Assembly (NCBI GenBank): GCA_046733575.1
Contig: JBKPPN010000218.1
Coordinates: 1 to 30,108 of the forward strand
Direction: 5' to 3'
Source of the DNA: Candidatus Methylomirabilota bacterium
Lineage (GTDB): Bacteria; Methylomirabilota; Methylomirabilia; Rokubacteriales; CSP1-6
Length of the DNA stretch: 30,108 nucleotides
Position 1 is the stretch's first letter; every line of letters begins with the position of its first letter. The notes under the pieces are model-generated. The model had not been told where the DNA came from. It saw only the letters and a program-made list of their open reading frames with translations, and ran no database searches. Positions 15,580-22,550 of this stretch are shown piece by piece. A program made the position numbers and the translations under genes.

Positions 15580-17078
15580 AGGTCGCCGTCGTCAACACCG
15601 CTCCCGTCGCCGTGAAGGCCGACGCGCTCGTGCTGGGCGCCGAGAGCGACGACACCCGGAAGTCGAGCAGCGCGCTCGCGGCCGTCGACCGTCACCTCGG
15701 CGGCCAGATCCGCGCCATCCTGGACGCCGAGAAGTTCGCCGCGAAATCCGGGCAGGTGACGTACGTGCACACGGCGGGCAAGCTGCCCGCCGATCGAGTG
15801 GTGGTGGTGGGCCTCGGCGCGCGTCGCGACACCACGGCCGAGGTCATACGGCGCGCCTCCGCGGTCGGGCTCCGGCGTGCGCGCGATCTCGGCGCGCGCA
15901 CGGTCGCGGTCGACCTGCTCGGCCACCGGCTGACGCCCGAGCAGCGCGCGCACGCCGTCGTCGAGGGCGCCATCCTGGGCGGGTACACCTTCGACCGCTA
16001 CAAGAAGGAGAAGGCCGACAAGGTCGTGGAGACCCTGACCGTGCTGTCGGGGGAGCCACGGGCCAGCCGGGAGGTGAGCCGCGGCGCGCAGACGGGTGAG
16101 ATCTTCGGCGACGCGACGGTGTTCGCGCGCGATCTCGTGAACGCGCCCGCCAACGACGTCCATCCCACGTATCTGGCGCGCGTGGCGTCCGAGGTGGCGC
16201 GGGACGGCGCACTGGGCGTCACGATCCTGGATCGCGCGGAGTGCAAGAAGCTCGGGATGGGCGCCTTCCTCGGCGTCGCCGCGGGCAGCGAGCAGCCGCC
16301 GAAGTTCATCCACCTGACGTACACGCCGAAGGGCAAGGCGAGGAAGCGCGTCGTGGTCATCGGCAAGGGCATCACGTTCGACTCCGGCGGTCTCGACCTG
16401 AAGCCGGCCGACGGCATGCTGCGCATGAAGAACGACATGTCGGGCGCGGCGGCCGTGCTCGGCATCATGCGCGCGCTGCCCAGGCTGGGCGCCGACGTGG
16501 AAGTCCACGGGCTGATCGCGGCCACCGAGAACATGCCGTCCGGCTCCGCCATCCGTCCCGGCGACGTGTTGCGCGCCATGAACGGCACCACCATCGAGAT
16601 CGGCAACACGGACGCGGAAGGCCGGCTGACGCTGGCCGACGCGATGTCCTACGCGGTGAGCCGGATCGAGCCCGACGAGATGATCGACATGGCGACGCTG
16701 ACGGGCGCGTGCGTGGTCGCGCTCGGTCCGCTCTGCTCGGGACTCTTCGCGAACAACCAGACGCTCGCCAACGGCTTGATCGACGCGGCGGGGCGGGCGG
16801 GCGAGCGGGTGTGGCAGCTGCCCCTCATCGACGAGTACCGCGACGGACTGAAGAGCGACGTGGCCGACCTCAACAATGTCGGGCCGCGCGGCGGCGGCGC
16901 CATCACCGCCGGGCTGTTCCTCCGGGAGTTCGCGGCGGGCAAGCCGTGGGCGCACCTCGACATCGCGGGCCCCGCCTACGTCGACAAGGACGGGCCGCTC
17001 GGCGGTCGAGGTGGGACCGGCGTCGGCGTGCGCACGCTGCTGACCTATCTCACCAGCCGGCCCGGCGGCCGCGCCTGA
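15576..17078 (+). CDS. pepA: Leucyl aminopeptidase (M17)
   Basis: ATGA overlap. Contains GKGITFDSGG, MKNDMSGAA, NTDAEGRL and WAHLDIAG. Confidence 0.95.
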   Translation: MKVAVVNTAPVAVKADALVLGAESDDTRKSSSALAAVDRHLGGQIRAILDAEKFAAKSGQVTYVHTAGKLPADRVVVVGLGARRDTTAEVIRRASAVGLRRARDLGARTVAVDLLGHRLTPEQRAHAVVEGAILGGYTFDRYKKEKADKVVETLTVLSGEPRASREVSRGAQTGEIFGDATVFARDLVNAPANDVHPTYLARVASEVARDGALGVTILDRAECKKLGMGAFLGVAAGSEQPPKFIHLTYTPKGKARKRVVVIGKGITFDSGGLDLKPADGMLRMKNDMSGAAAVLGIMRALPRLGADVEVHGLIAATENMPSGSAIRPGDVLRAMNGTTIEIGNTDAEGRLTLADAMSYAVSRIEPDEMIDMATLTGACVVALGPLCSGLFANNQTLANGLIDAAGRAGERVWQLPLIDEYRDGLKSDVADLNNVGPRGGGAITAGLFLREFAAGKPWAHLDIAGPAYVDKDGPLGGRGGTGVGVRTLLTYLTSRPGGRA

Positions 17079-17083
17079 GGGTC

Positions 17084-17935
17084 GTGGGCGCGCTCGACTT
17101 CCACTCCCACACGACGGCGTCCGACGGCACGCTGGCGCCCCGCGACCTCGTCCGTCTGGCCGCGCGCCACGGCGTGCGCGTGCTCGCGGTGACCGACCAC
17201 GACTCCACCGACGGGCTGGCCGAGGCGATGGAGGAAGCGACGCGTCACGGCGACATGACGATCGTCCCCGGGCTCGAGATCAACTGCGACGTCGAGGGCG
17301 CAGAGATCCACGTGCTCGGCTACTTCGTCGATCACGGGGCGCCGTGGTTCCAGGCGTTCCTGCGCGAGCAGCGCGCGGAGCGCGTGGCGCGCGTGCAGCG
17401 GATCGCCGAGCGGCTGGGTGAGCTCGGCATGCCGATCGATCCCGCCGAGGTGTTCGCGCTCGTGAAGGAGGGGTCGCCGGGCCGTCCCCACGTGGCGCAG
17501 GTCATGGTGAACCGCGGCTACGTCAAGTCGGTGCGCGAGGCGTTCGACCGCTTCCTGCACGCGGGCGGCTCCGCCAACGTTCCGCGTCGGCGTCTCACAC
17601 CGACGGACGCGGTGGCGGTGATCCGGCGCGCGGGCGGCGTCCCCGTCTTCGCCCATCCCGGGCTCGCCAACCGCGACGCGCTCATCCCCGACCTGGTGGC
17701 CGCGGGTCTGATGGGGATCGAGGCTTACTACGCCGAGCACTCCGCGGGGCAGACGGTGCGGTATCTCGACCTCTGTCGCGAGCACGGCCTGGTCGCGACG
17801 GGAGGCTCCGATTACCACGGGCCGCAGAGCGGTCGCGTGAATCCGCCCGGCACACCGACGGTGCCGGCGTCGGCGTGGGACGGTCTCCGACGCGCGCGGG
17901 ACGTCGCCGCGACTGCCGAGCGGCCCGTGGAGTGA
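17084..17935 (+). CDS. PHP-domain phosphoesterase (TrpH/YciV-like)
   Basis: DFHSHTTASDG, TDHD, HVLGY, AHPG and GGSDYHG. Start is GTG 17084, or the in-frame CTG at 17075. Confidence 0.88.
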   Translation: MGALDFHSHTTASDGTLAPRDLVRLAARHGVRVLAVTDHDSTDGLAEAMEEATRHGDMTIVPGLEINCDVEGAEIHVLGYFVDHGAPWFQAFLREQRAERVARVQRIAERLGELGMPIDPAEVFALVKEGSPGRPHVAQVMVNRGYVKSVREAFDRFLHAGGSANVPRRRLTPTDAVAVIRRAGGVPVFAHPGLANRDALIPDLVAAGLMGIEAYYAEHSAGQTVRYLDLCREHGLVATGGSDYHGPQSGRVNPPGTPTVPASAWDGLRRARDVAATAERPVE

Positions 17936-17939
17936 GGGC

Positions 17940-18317
17940 GTGCCTGCCATCACGACCGTGCAGATCTTCGGATTCAACGATTGTCAGGACACGCGGAAGG
18001 CCCGGCGCTTCTTCTCGGAGCGGCGCGTCCAGGTGCACTACGTCGATCTGGACGAGCGACCGGCGGCGAAGGGCGAGCTGCGGCGGTTCGCGGAGAAGTT
18101 CGGGGCGGGCGCCCTGATCGACCGGGAGAGCCGGCGGTTCCGGGATCTCGGCCTCCAGGTGCGCGGGGACTCTCCGGAACGGATGCTCGACCGCGCACTG
18201 ACGGAGCCTCGCATCCTGCGGACGCCGCTCGTGCGCGCCGCCAACCGCGTCAGCGTGGGCCACGCGCCCAAGGACTGGCAGCGCTGGCTCGACGAGGCGC
18301 GCGGGGCGGCTAGCTGA
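17940..18317 (+). CDS. ArsC/Spx/MgsR-family thioredoxin-fold protein (single Cys)
   Basis: IFGFNDCQDTRKARRFF, DLDERP..KGEL.RF and PRILRTPLVR. Confidence 0.8.
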   Translation: MPAITTVQIFGFNDCQDTRKARRFFSERRVQVHYVDLDERPAAKGELRRFAEKFGAGALIDRESRRFRDLGLQVRGDSPERMLDRALTEPRILRTPLVRAANRVSVGHAPKDWQRWLDEARGAAS

Positions 18318-18332
18318 CGCGGCGAGGACCGG

Positions 18333-18485
18333 TCACTCGTCCCAGGTGCGATCCCAGCCGCTCGCGCGCGCGGCGGCGATGATGCGTCGCTTGCTCTCGA
18401 GGGGAAGGCGGCCGAACACGCGCTCGTAGGTCCGCAGCACGTCCTCGGTGCGCCACGATTCCAGGTCGCTCACTTGTCGTCGCAT
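18333..18485 (-). CDS. Unannotated 50-aa small protein (absent from the ORF track)
   Basis: MRRQVSDLESWRTEDVLRTYERVFGRLPLESKRRIIAAARASGWDRTWDE. Strong SD AAGGAGG upstream, with a sigma54-type promoter at the appropriate distance. Confidence 0.7.
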   Translation of the reverse strand: MRRQVSDLESWRTEDVLRTYERVFGRLPLESKRRIIAAARASGWDRTWDE

Positions 18486-18517
18486 CGGTCGCCCTCCTTG
18501 GCTCGCCCGCGAACGAC

Positions 18518-18533
18518 AGCAAGCGACTTGCCA
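18518..18533 (-). promoter_or_regulatory. Sigma54 (-24/-12) promoter
   Basis: TGGCAAG-TCGC-TTGCT, one mismatch to TGGCACG-N4-TTGCW. Predicted TSS near 18507 gives a leader of about 22 nt containing the SD. Confidence 0.75.
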
Positions 18534-18600
18534 GACCGTCCGCGCACGCCGTCGTGAGCGCGAAACGCGTGCGCGGTGGCTTCAGTCCGGTCGAAACCGT

Positions 18601-18613
18601 GGAAAGACTTTCC
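18601..18613. promoter_or_regulatory. Perfect palindrome, candidate enhancer-binding-protein site
   Basis: GGAAAG-A-CTTTCC, about 100 bp upstream of the predicted sigma54 TSS. Confidence 0.45.
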
Positions 18614-18686
18614 GCAAGGCGGCAAATGTCGCCGTCAGAAGACGTCAGGCGGTGCCACGCTGACGTGCCAAATGCTGCACGAATGG

Positions 18687-19526
18687 TCAGGCACTCGTCA
18701 CGTAGCGCGGAAAGACCGCGTGCAGCACGTCGAGAGGGTTCATCGCAAGCAGACCGGCCACCAGACGTCGCGCCGCCCCACGTACGGCGACGAACGTGAT
18801 CCGGGCGGACGCGATCACCGAGCCGTCGTCGCCGACGGCGGCGAGATGTGTCAGCCAGTACCGGTCGTCGCCGGGAGCCGGCGCGACGTCGTCGCGCCGG
18901 CCGACGACGGTCAGCGCTCCCGTCCCGACCGTCCGACGGTGGAGCGTCACGCGCAGGTCTGTGGTCATGCCCGATTCTCCCGTCGCCAGTGCCCCGAGCC
19001 AGAAGGCCGCCTCGTCGAGGAGCGTCGTGATCGCGACGGTCGACACGGTGTCGTCATCCGCGCGAAAGCGCTCATCCGGAACGAACCGCCCGTGCACGGT
19101 CGCGGCGTCGTGTGACAGCCGGAGCCCGAGCCCGATGACGTTGTCCGCTCCGCACGCGAAGCACGAGCGCGAGACGGGCAGCGCCATGCCGCCGCTCGGA
19201 ACCGATGTCGGCGGCGCGGGCGCCGACGCGGCTGAGGTGACGATCTCGCCGTCGACCACGACGCCGCCGTCCGTGGCGAGCGCGTACGTCCACGTGTCGG
19301 CCCCCGTCACGGTCAGGCGGAGCGGAACGCCGAGCGGCACGCGACGGCGGTAGACGCCGCGGATCTCTCGTCCGCCCGCGACGCCGGCGAGCAGGTCGAG
19401 CGCGCCGAGCACGCTGCCGCCGTGCGCGGTGTCGGGGAGGCCCTCGAAGCGGGGATCGAGCGTGAGCCGGAGGCCGCCGTCGTGCGTCTCGACGCCCGCG
19501 CGGAGGAGGGAGGCGATGGTCTGCAT
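18687..19526 (-). CDS. Tandem (double) hotdog-fold PaaI-like thioesterase
   Basis: Domain 1 has FEGLPDTAHGGSVLGALD. Domain 2 has SCFACGADN.IGLGL and TLLDEAA. Confidence 0.75.
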   Translation of the reverse strand: MQTIASLLRAGVETHDGGLRLTLDPRFEGLPDTAHGGSVLGALDLLAGVAGGREIRGVYRRRVPLGVPLRLTVTGADTWTYALATDGGVVVDGEIVTSAASAPAPPTSVPSGGMALPVSRSCFACGADNVIGLGLRLSHDAATVHGRFVPDERFRADDDTVSTVAITTLLDEAAFWLGALATGESGMTTDLRVTLHRRTVGTGALTVVGRRDDVAPAPGDDRYWLTHLAAVGDDGSVIASARITFVAVRGAARRLVAGLLAMNPLDVLHAVFPRYVTSA

Positions 19527-19558
19527 GCGATACTCGCGCGATGCCCGCGGCGATTCTA
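19526..19558. promoter_or_regulatory. Candidate face-to-face divergent -10 elements
   Basis: Plus strand: TGC-GATACT (19526-19534), 6 nt before ATG 19541. Minus strand: TAGAAT (19558-19553), upstream of ATG 19526. Confidence 0.35.
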
Positions 19559-20710
19559 TCCCGGGGACCGTTCATGCGGGCCACGGTCACCAACTTCTTC
19601 TTCATCGCCAGCCTCAACGGGTTCGTGCTGCTGCCGCTGCACATTCACGCCCAGGGCGGTACCGACGTCGACGTCGGCATCGTGATGGGGATCTACAGCG
19701 CGGTGGGGATCGTCGCACAGCCCCTCGTGGGGCCGTGGGTCGACGCGGTCGGCCGGCGGCCCTTCATGCTGTGCGGCGTCGCGCTAACCGTCGCGTCCGC
19801 GGCGCTCGCCGTCGTGCTGGACACGATCCCGATGCTCGCCCTCGTGCGCGCGCTCCAGGGCGTCGCGTTCTCGATGTTCTTCGTGGCCGCGTTCGCCTAC
19901 GTGCTGGACCTGGTCCCTCCCGCCGAGCGCGGGTGGGCGCTCGGCATCTACGGTGTCTCCGGATTCGTGTCCACCGCGCTGGCCCCGCTCGTGGGCGAGC
20001 TGGTCATCCGGCGCTGGGGCTTTCGCGCGCTGGCGGCCGGCTCGGGACTGATCGCGCTCGTGGCCGCCGTGCTCGTGTGGCAGCTGCGACCCGCGCGCCG
20101 TGTGACGGTGCCCGCGACGGGTCCAGGCTGGACGCGCAGCGCGCTCACCGACGTCCTGCAGCGGTCGATGGCGGTCACGATCTTCTTCGGGCTGGGGACG
20201 GGGACGATCTTCGCCTTCCTCCCGACGTTCGCGGAGAGCCTGGGCGTCAGGACGCTGGCGATCTTCTACACCGCGTACGCGGTGGCCGCCATGGCGGTGC
20301 GCGTCTTCGGCGGGACGCTCATCGACACGCGCGGTCGTCGCGCCGTCATCGTGCCCGCGATGCTCGTGCAGACGACCGCCACGGGCGTCCTCGCCGCGCT
20401 GGGCGCGCTCGCCACGCGCGACGTGCGGCTGCCCGCCATCCCGGCGCTGTTCGTGGCCGGCGTCCTGGCGGGTGGCGCGCACGGCTTCCTCTATCCGGGT
20501 CTCGCCGCGCTGGTGACGGACCGCACGCCGGAGAGTCGCCGCGGCGCCGTGGTGGGCACGTTCAGCGCGGTGATGCTGGTGGGACAATCCGCGGGCGCGT
20601 TCGCCTTCGGCTACATCGCGCACGCCGCGGGATACTTCGTCATGTGGGCGTCGCTGACCGCGCTGCTCCTCGTCGGACTCCTGCTGAGCCTCCGCCTGCC
20701 CGGACGCTGA
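19541..20710 (+). CDS. MFS transporter
   Basis: About 12 hydrophobic segments, with MFS motif A-like GPWVDAVGRR and GTLIDTRGRR. Start is 19541 or 19574. Confidence 0.9.
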   Translation: MPAAILSRGPFMRATVTNFFFIASLNGFVLLPLHIHAQGGTDVDVGIVMGIYSAVGIVAQPLVGPWVDAVGRRPFMLCGVALTVASAALAVVLDTIPMLALVRALQGVAFSMFFVAAFAYVLDLVPPAERGWALGIYGVSGFVSTALAPLVGELVIRRWGFRALAAGSGLIALVAAVLVWQLRPARRVTVPATGPGWTRSALTDVLQRSMAVTIFFGLGTGTIFAFLPTFAESLGVRTLAIFYTAYAVAAMAVRVFGGTLIDTRGRRAVIVPAMLVQTTATGVLAALGALATRDVRLPAIPALFVAGVLAGGAHGFLYPGLAALVTDRTPESRRGAVVGTFSAVMLVGQSAGAFAFGYIAHAAGYFVMWASLTALLLVGLLLSLRLPGR

Positions 20711-20715
20711 CCGTA

Positions 20716-20721
20716 TATACT
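20716..20721 (+). promoter_or_regulatory. Candidate -10 (TATACT), leaderless geometry
   Basis: TATACT followed by exactly 6 nt and then ATG at 20728. Confidence 0.55.
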
Positions 20722-20727
20722 CGCGCC

Positions 20728-20802
20728 ATGCTCACGCGCGCCGCGATGCCGATGCGCCGCGCCGCCGCGCGCCCGCCTCGTTGGCGCGCCGCCCATGCCT
20801 GA
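20728..20802 (+). CDS. Putative leaderless upstream ORF (24 aa) overlapping the AAA start
   Basis: MLTRAAMPMRRAAARPPRWRAAHA*. Its TGA (20800-20802) overlaps the AAA start as ATGCCTGA, and the AAA ATG has no SD. Confidence 0.4.
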   Translation: MLTRAAMPMRRAAARPPRWRAAHA

Positions 20803-21736
20803 GCGCGAGCCCGAGGAACTGCAGTGGGCCATCCAGCGGCGGCTGGAAGACGTCTTCGCGAAGCTGGGAGAGAAGTTCGGCGACCTCACCGGCCGTGTCG
20901 AGATGCAGATGCGTCCCACCGTCACGTTCGACGAGGTGGGCGGGCTGCACCAGGCCAAGGAGCTGCTGCGCGGGTTCGCGCGCGCCCTCACGGACCCGGA
21001 GCTCTACCGGAAGTGGGGCATCGCGCCACCGAAGGGCGTGCTGCTCTACGGTCCCCCGGGCACCGGCAAGGCCATGCTGGCGCGGGCGCTCGCCACCGCG
21101 TCCGGCGCGATCTTCTATCACCTGAAGCTCATGAACCTGACCTCGAAGTTCGGCGCCAACACCGGCGAGCTGCTGCAGGAGATCTTCCGCATCGTGGTGG
21201 GCGAGGGGCGCGCGGTGCTCTTCCTCGACGAGGCGGAGGCGCTGTCGCTGGAGCACCTGCTGCCACCGCCCCAGGCGCGCGAGGCGAGCGCGCGGCTGGT
21301 CGCGTCGCTGTGTGAGAAGCTCGACGCGATCGCGCCCGAGGCGCGCGTGCTCGTGGTCGGCGCGACGAGCCGGACGGATGCGATCGACCCGGGGCTCGTG
21401 GCGCCTGGCCGTCTCGACCACCTGATCGAGATCGCGCTGCCCGACGCGTCCGCGCAGCAGGAGATCCTCGAAGGCCTGCGCACGCGGGCCGAGCGCAACG
21501 CCGAGCGCACGCTCTTCGACACCATCGACTACCGCAAGGTCCTGCCCGTCATGGGCGGCATGAGCGGCGCGGATCTGTCGGAGATCGTGCGGCGCGCGCT
21601 CGAGACGAAGGTGCACCGCGCGGCCGCGGACGGTGACGCCCCGCTCGTGACCACGGACGATCTCCTCGTCACCGTCGACGCGTACAAGCGCGTGCGAAGC
21701 GTGGTGGAGAAGATCCGCTACGGTCAGTACCTCTGA
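20795..21736 (+). CDS. Minimal classical-clade AAA ATPase (ARC/PAN/Cdc48-like module) with C-terminal GQYL proteasome-docking motif
   Basis: PTVTFDEVGGL, PPKGVLLYGPPGTGKA, LFLDE, SRH-like ATSRTDAIDPGLVAPGRLD and MSGADL. Ends RYGQYL-stop (21722-21736). Confidence 0.85.
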   Translation: MPEREPEELQWAIQRRLEDVFAKLGEKFGDLTGRVEMQMRPTVTFDEVGGLHQAKELLRGFARALTDPELYRKWGIAPPKGVLLYGPPGTGKAMLARALATASGAIFYHLKLMNLTSKFGANTGELLQEIFRIVVGEGRAVLFLDEAEALSLEHLLPPPQAREASARLVASLCEKLDAIAPEARVLVVGATSRTDAIDPGLVAPGRLDHLIEIALPDASAQQEILEGLRTRAERNAERTLFDTIDYRKVLPVMGGMSGADLSEIVRRALETKVHRAAADGDAPLVTTDDLLVTVDAYKRVRSVVEKIRYGQYL

Positions 21737-21747
21737 GGCGGCGGGGC

Positions 21748-22185
21748 ATGGCCGCACCGACGAACGACGACGCCGGCGTGACGACGACGGAGGTCCGCGT
21801 CCGCTACAAGGACACGGATTGCATGAAGGTCGCGTACTACGGCAACTACCTGACGTACTTTGAGGTCGGACGCGTCGAGTACCTCCGCCAGCGCGGGCTG
21901 CCGATGTCGGAGGTCGATCGCCGCGTTCACATGCCGGTGGTGGAGGCGACCGTCCGGTACGTGAAGCCGGCGCGCCTCGACGATCGGCTGCTCGTGCGGT
22001 GCTGGATCAGCGAGAAGAAGCGCGCGAGCTTCCGCTTCAGCTACGACATCCGTGACGAGGGCGACGAGCGCATCGCGCATGGCCACACGCTGCACGCGTG
22101 TCAGGACCCGGCCACGGGCAAGCTCGTCGGGATTCCGGCGTGGCTCGCCGGCGTCATGGTCGTCGCCGCCGTCCCGACGTCCTGA
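21748..22185 (+). CDS. YbgC/FadM-family acyl-CoA thioesterase
   Basis: VRVRYKDTD.M.VAYYGNYLTYFEVGR and Y.KPARLDD. Confidence 0.85.
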   Translation: MAAPTNDDAGVTTTEVRVRYKDTDCMKVAYYGNYLTYFEVGRVEYLRQRGLPMSEVDRRVHMPVVEATVRYVKPARLDDRLLVRCWISEKKRASFRFSYDIRDEGDERIAHGHTLHACQDPATGKLVGIPAWLAGVMVVAAVPTS

Positions 22186-22207
22186 GGCCCGCGGTGCGCG
22201 TCGCCCC

Positions 22208-22235
22208 TTGGACGGGGCGCCACGTCGGGTATACT
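22208..22235 (+). promoter_or_regulatory. Candidate sigma70 promoter TTGGAC-N16-TATACT
   Basis: The -35 sits in the loop of a 6-bp inverted repeat (CGCCCC/GGGGCG, 22202-22219). ATG follows 10 nt after the -10. Confidence 0.55.
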
Positions 22236-22245
22236 GCGTCGTCCC

Positions 22246-22485
22246 ATGCGAGAAGAGGCGCTCCGATCGACCATCCGTCAGAAGCTCCTCGACGGCCACT
22301 TGCCGCAGGCGAAGTGCCAGATCACGTGGTTCGGGCCGGGGAGTCGGCAGACGTGTGTCGCGTGCGATCGCACGATCGAGCCCAGCCACGTGGAGTGCGA
22401 GTGCGAGCATCCCGACGGCGGCGTGCTGCGGTTCCACCGGGAGTGCTTCGCGTTGTGGGACGAGATTCGCCAGGCGCTCGGCTGA
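22246..22485 (+). CDS. Small Cys/His-rich putative zinc-finger protein (79 aa)
   Basis: C37-x2-C40 and H64-x2-C67, plus C24, C51 and C53. Has its own promoter and fills the intergenic gap. Confidence 0.75.
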   Translation: MREEALRSTIRQKLLDGHLPQAKCQITWFGPGSRQTCVACDRTIEPSHVECECEHPDGGVLRFHRECFALWDEIRQALG

Positions 22486-22524
22486 ACGTTCTGCCTCAGG
22501 AGGTTACCCTCGTCGTCCGTCGTG

Positions 22525-22530
22525 TATAAT
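22525..22530 (+). promoter_or_regulatory. Candidate -10 (TATAAT) for the ABC operon
   Basis: Perfect consensus hexamer 20 nt before ATG 22551; no clear -35. Confidence 0.55.
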
Positions 22531-22550
22531 TCTCGATCGGTCAACGCGCG

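Noticed and set aside
2163-18317. Arsenic-resistance cluster (ArsN1-like GNAT plus ArsC-family protein)
   Set aside because: The genes are 15 kb apart in different operons, with no arsR, arsB/acr3 or arsM. The ArsC-family protein looks like the generic Spx/YffB type.
18652-18670. Two TGGCAC hexamers as further sigma54 promoters
   Set aside because: Neither is followed by TTGC at the required spacing. They are kept only as possible activator sites.
20755-20785. RAPP/RAGP-type ribosome arrest motif in the uORF
   Set aside because: The sequence is RAAARPPRW, which does not match the known RAPP/RAGP/RAPG arrest motifs.
20795-21736. Annotation as FtsH, canonical ARC/Mpa or Cdc48
   Set aside because: It has no TM or HExxH protease domain (FtsH), no coiled-coil/OB N-domain (ARC/PAN) and only one AAA module (Cdc48/Cpa).
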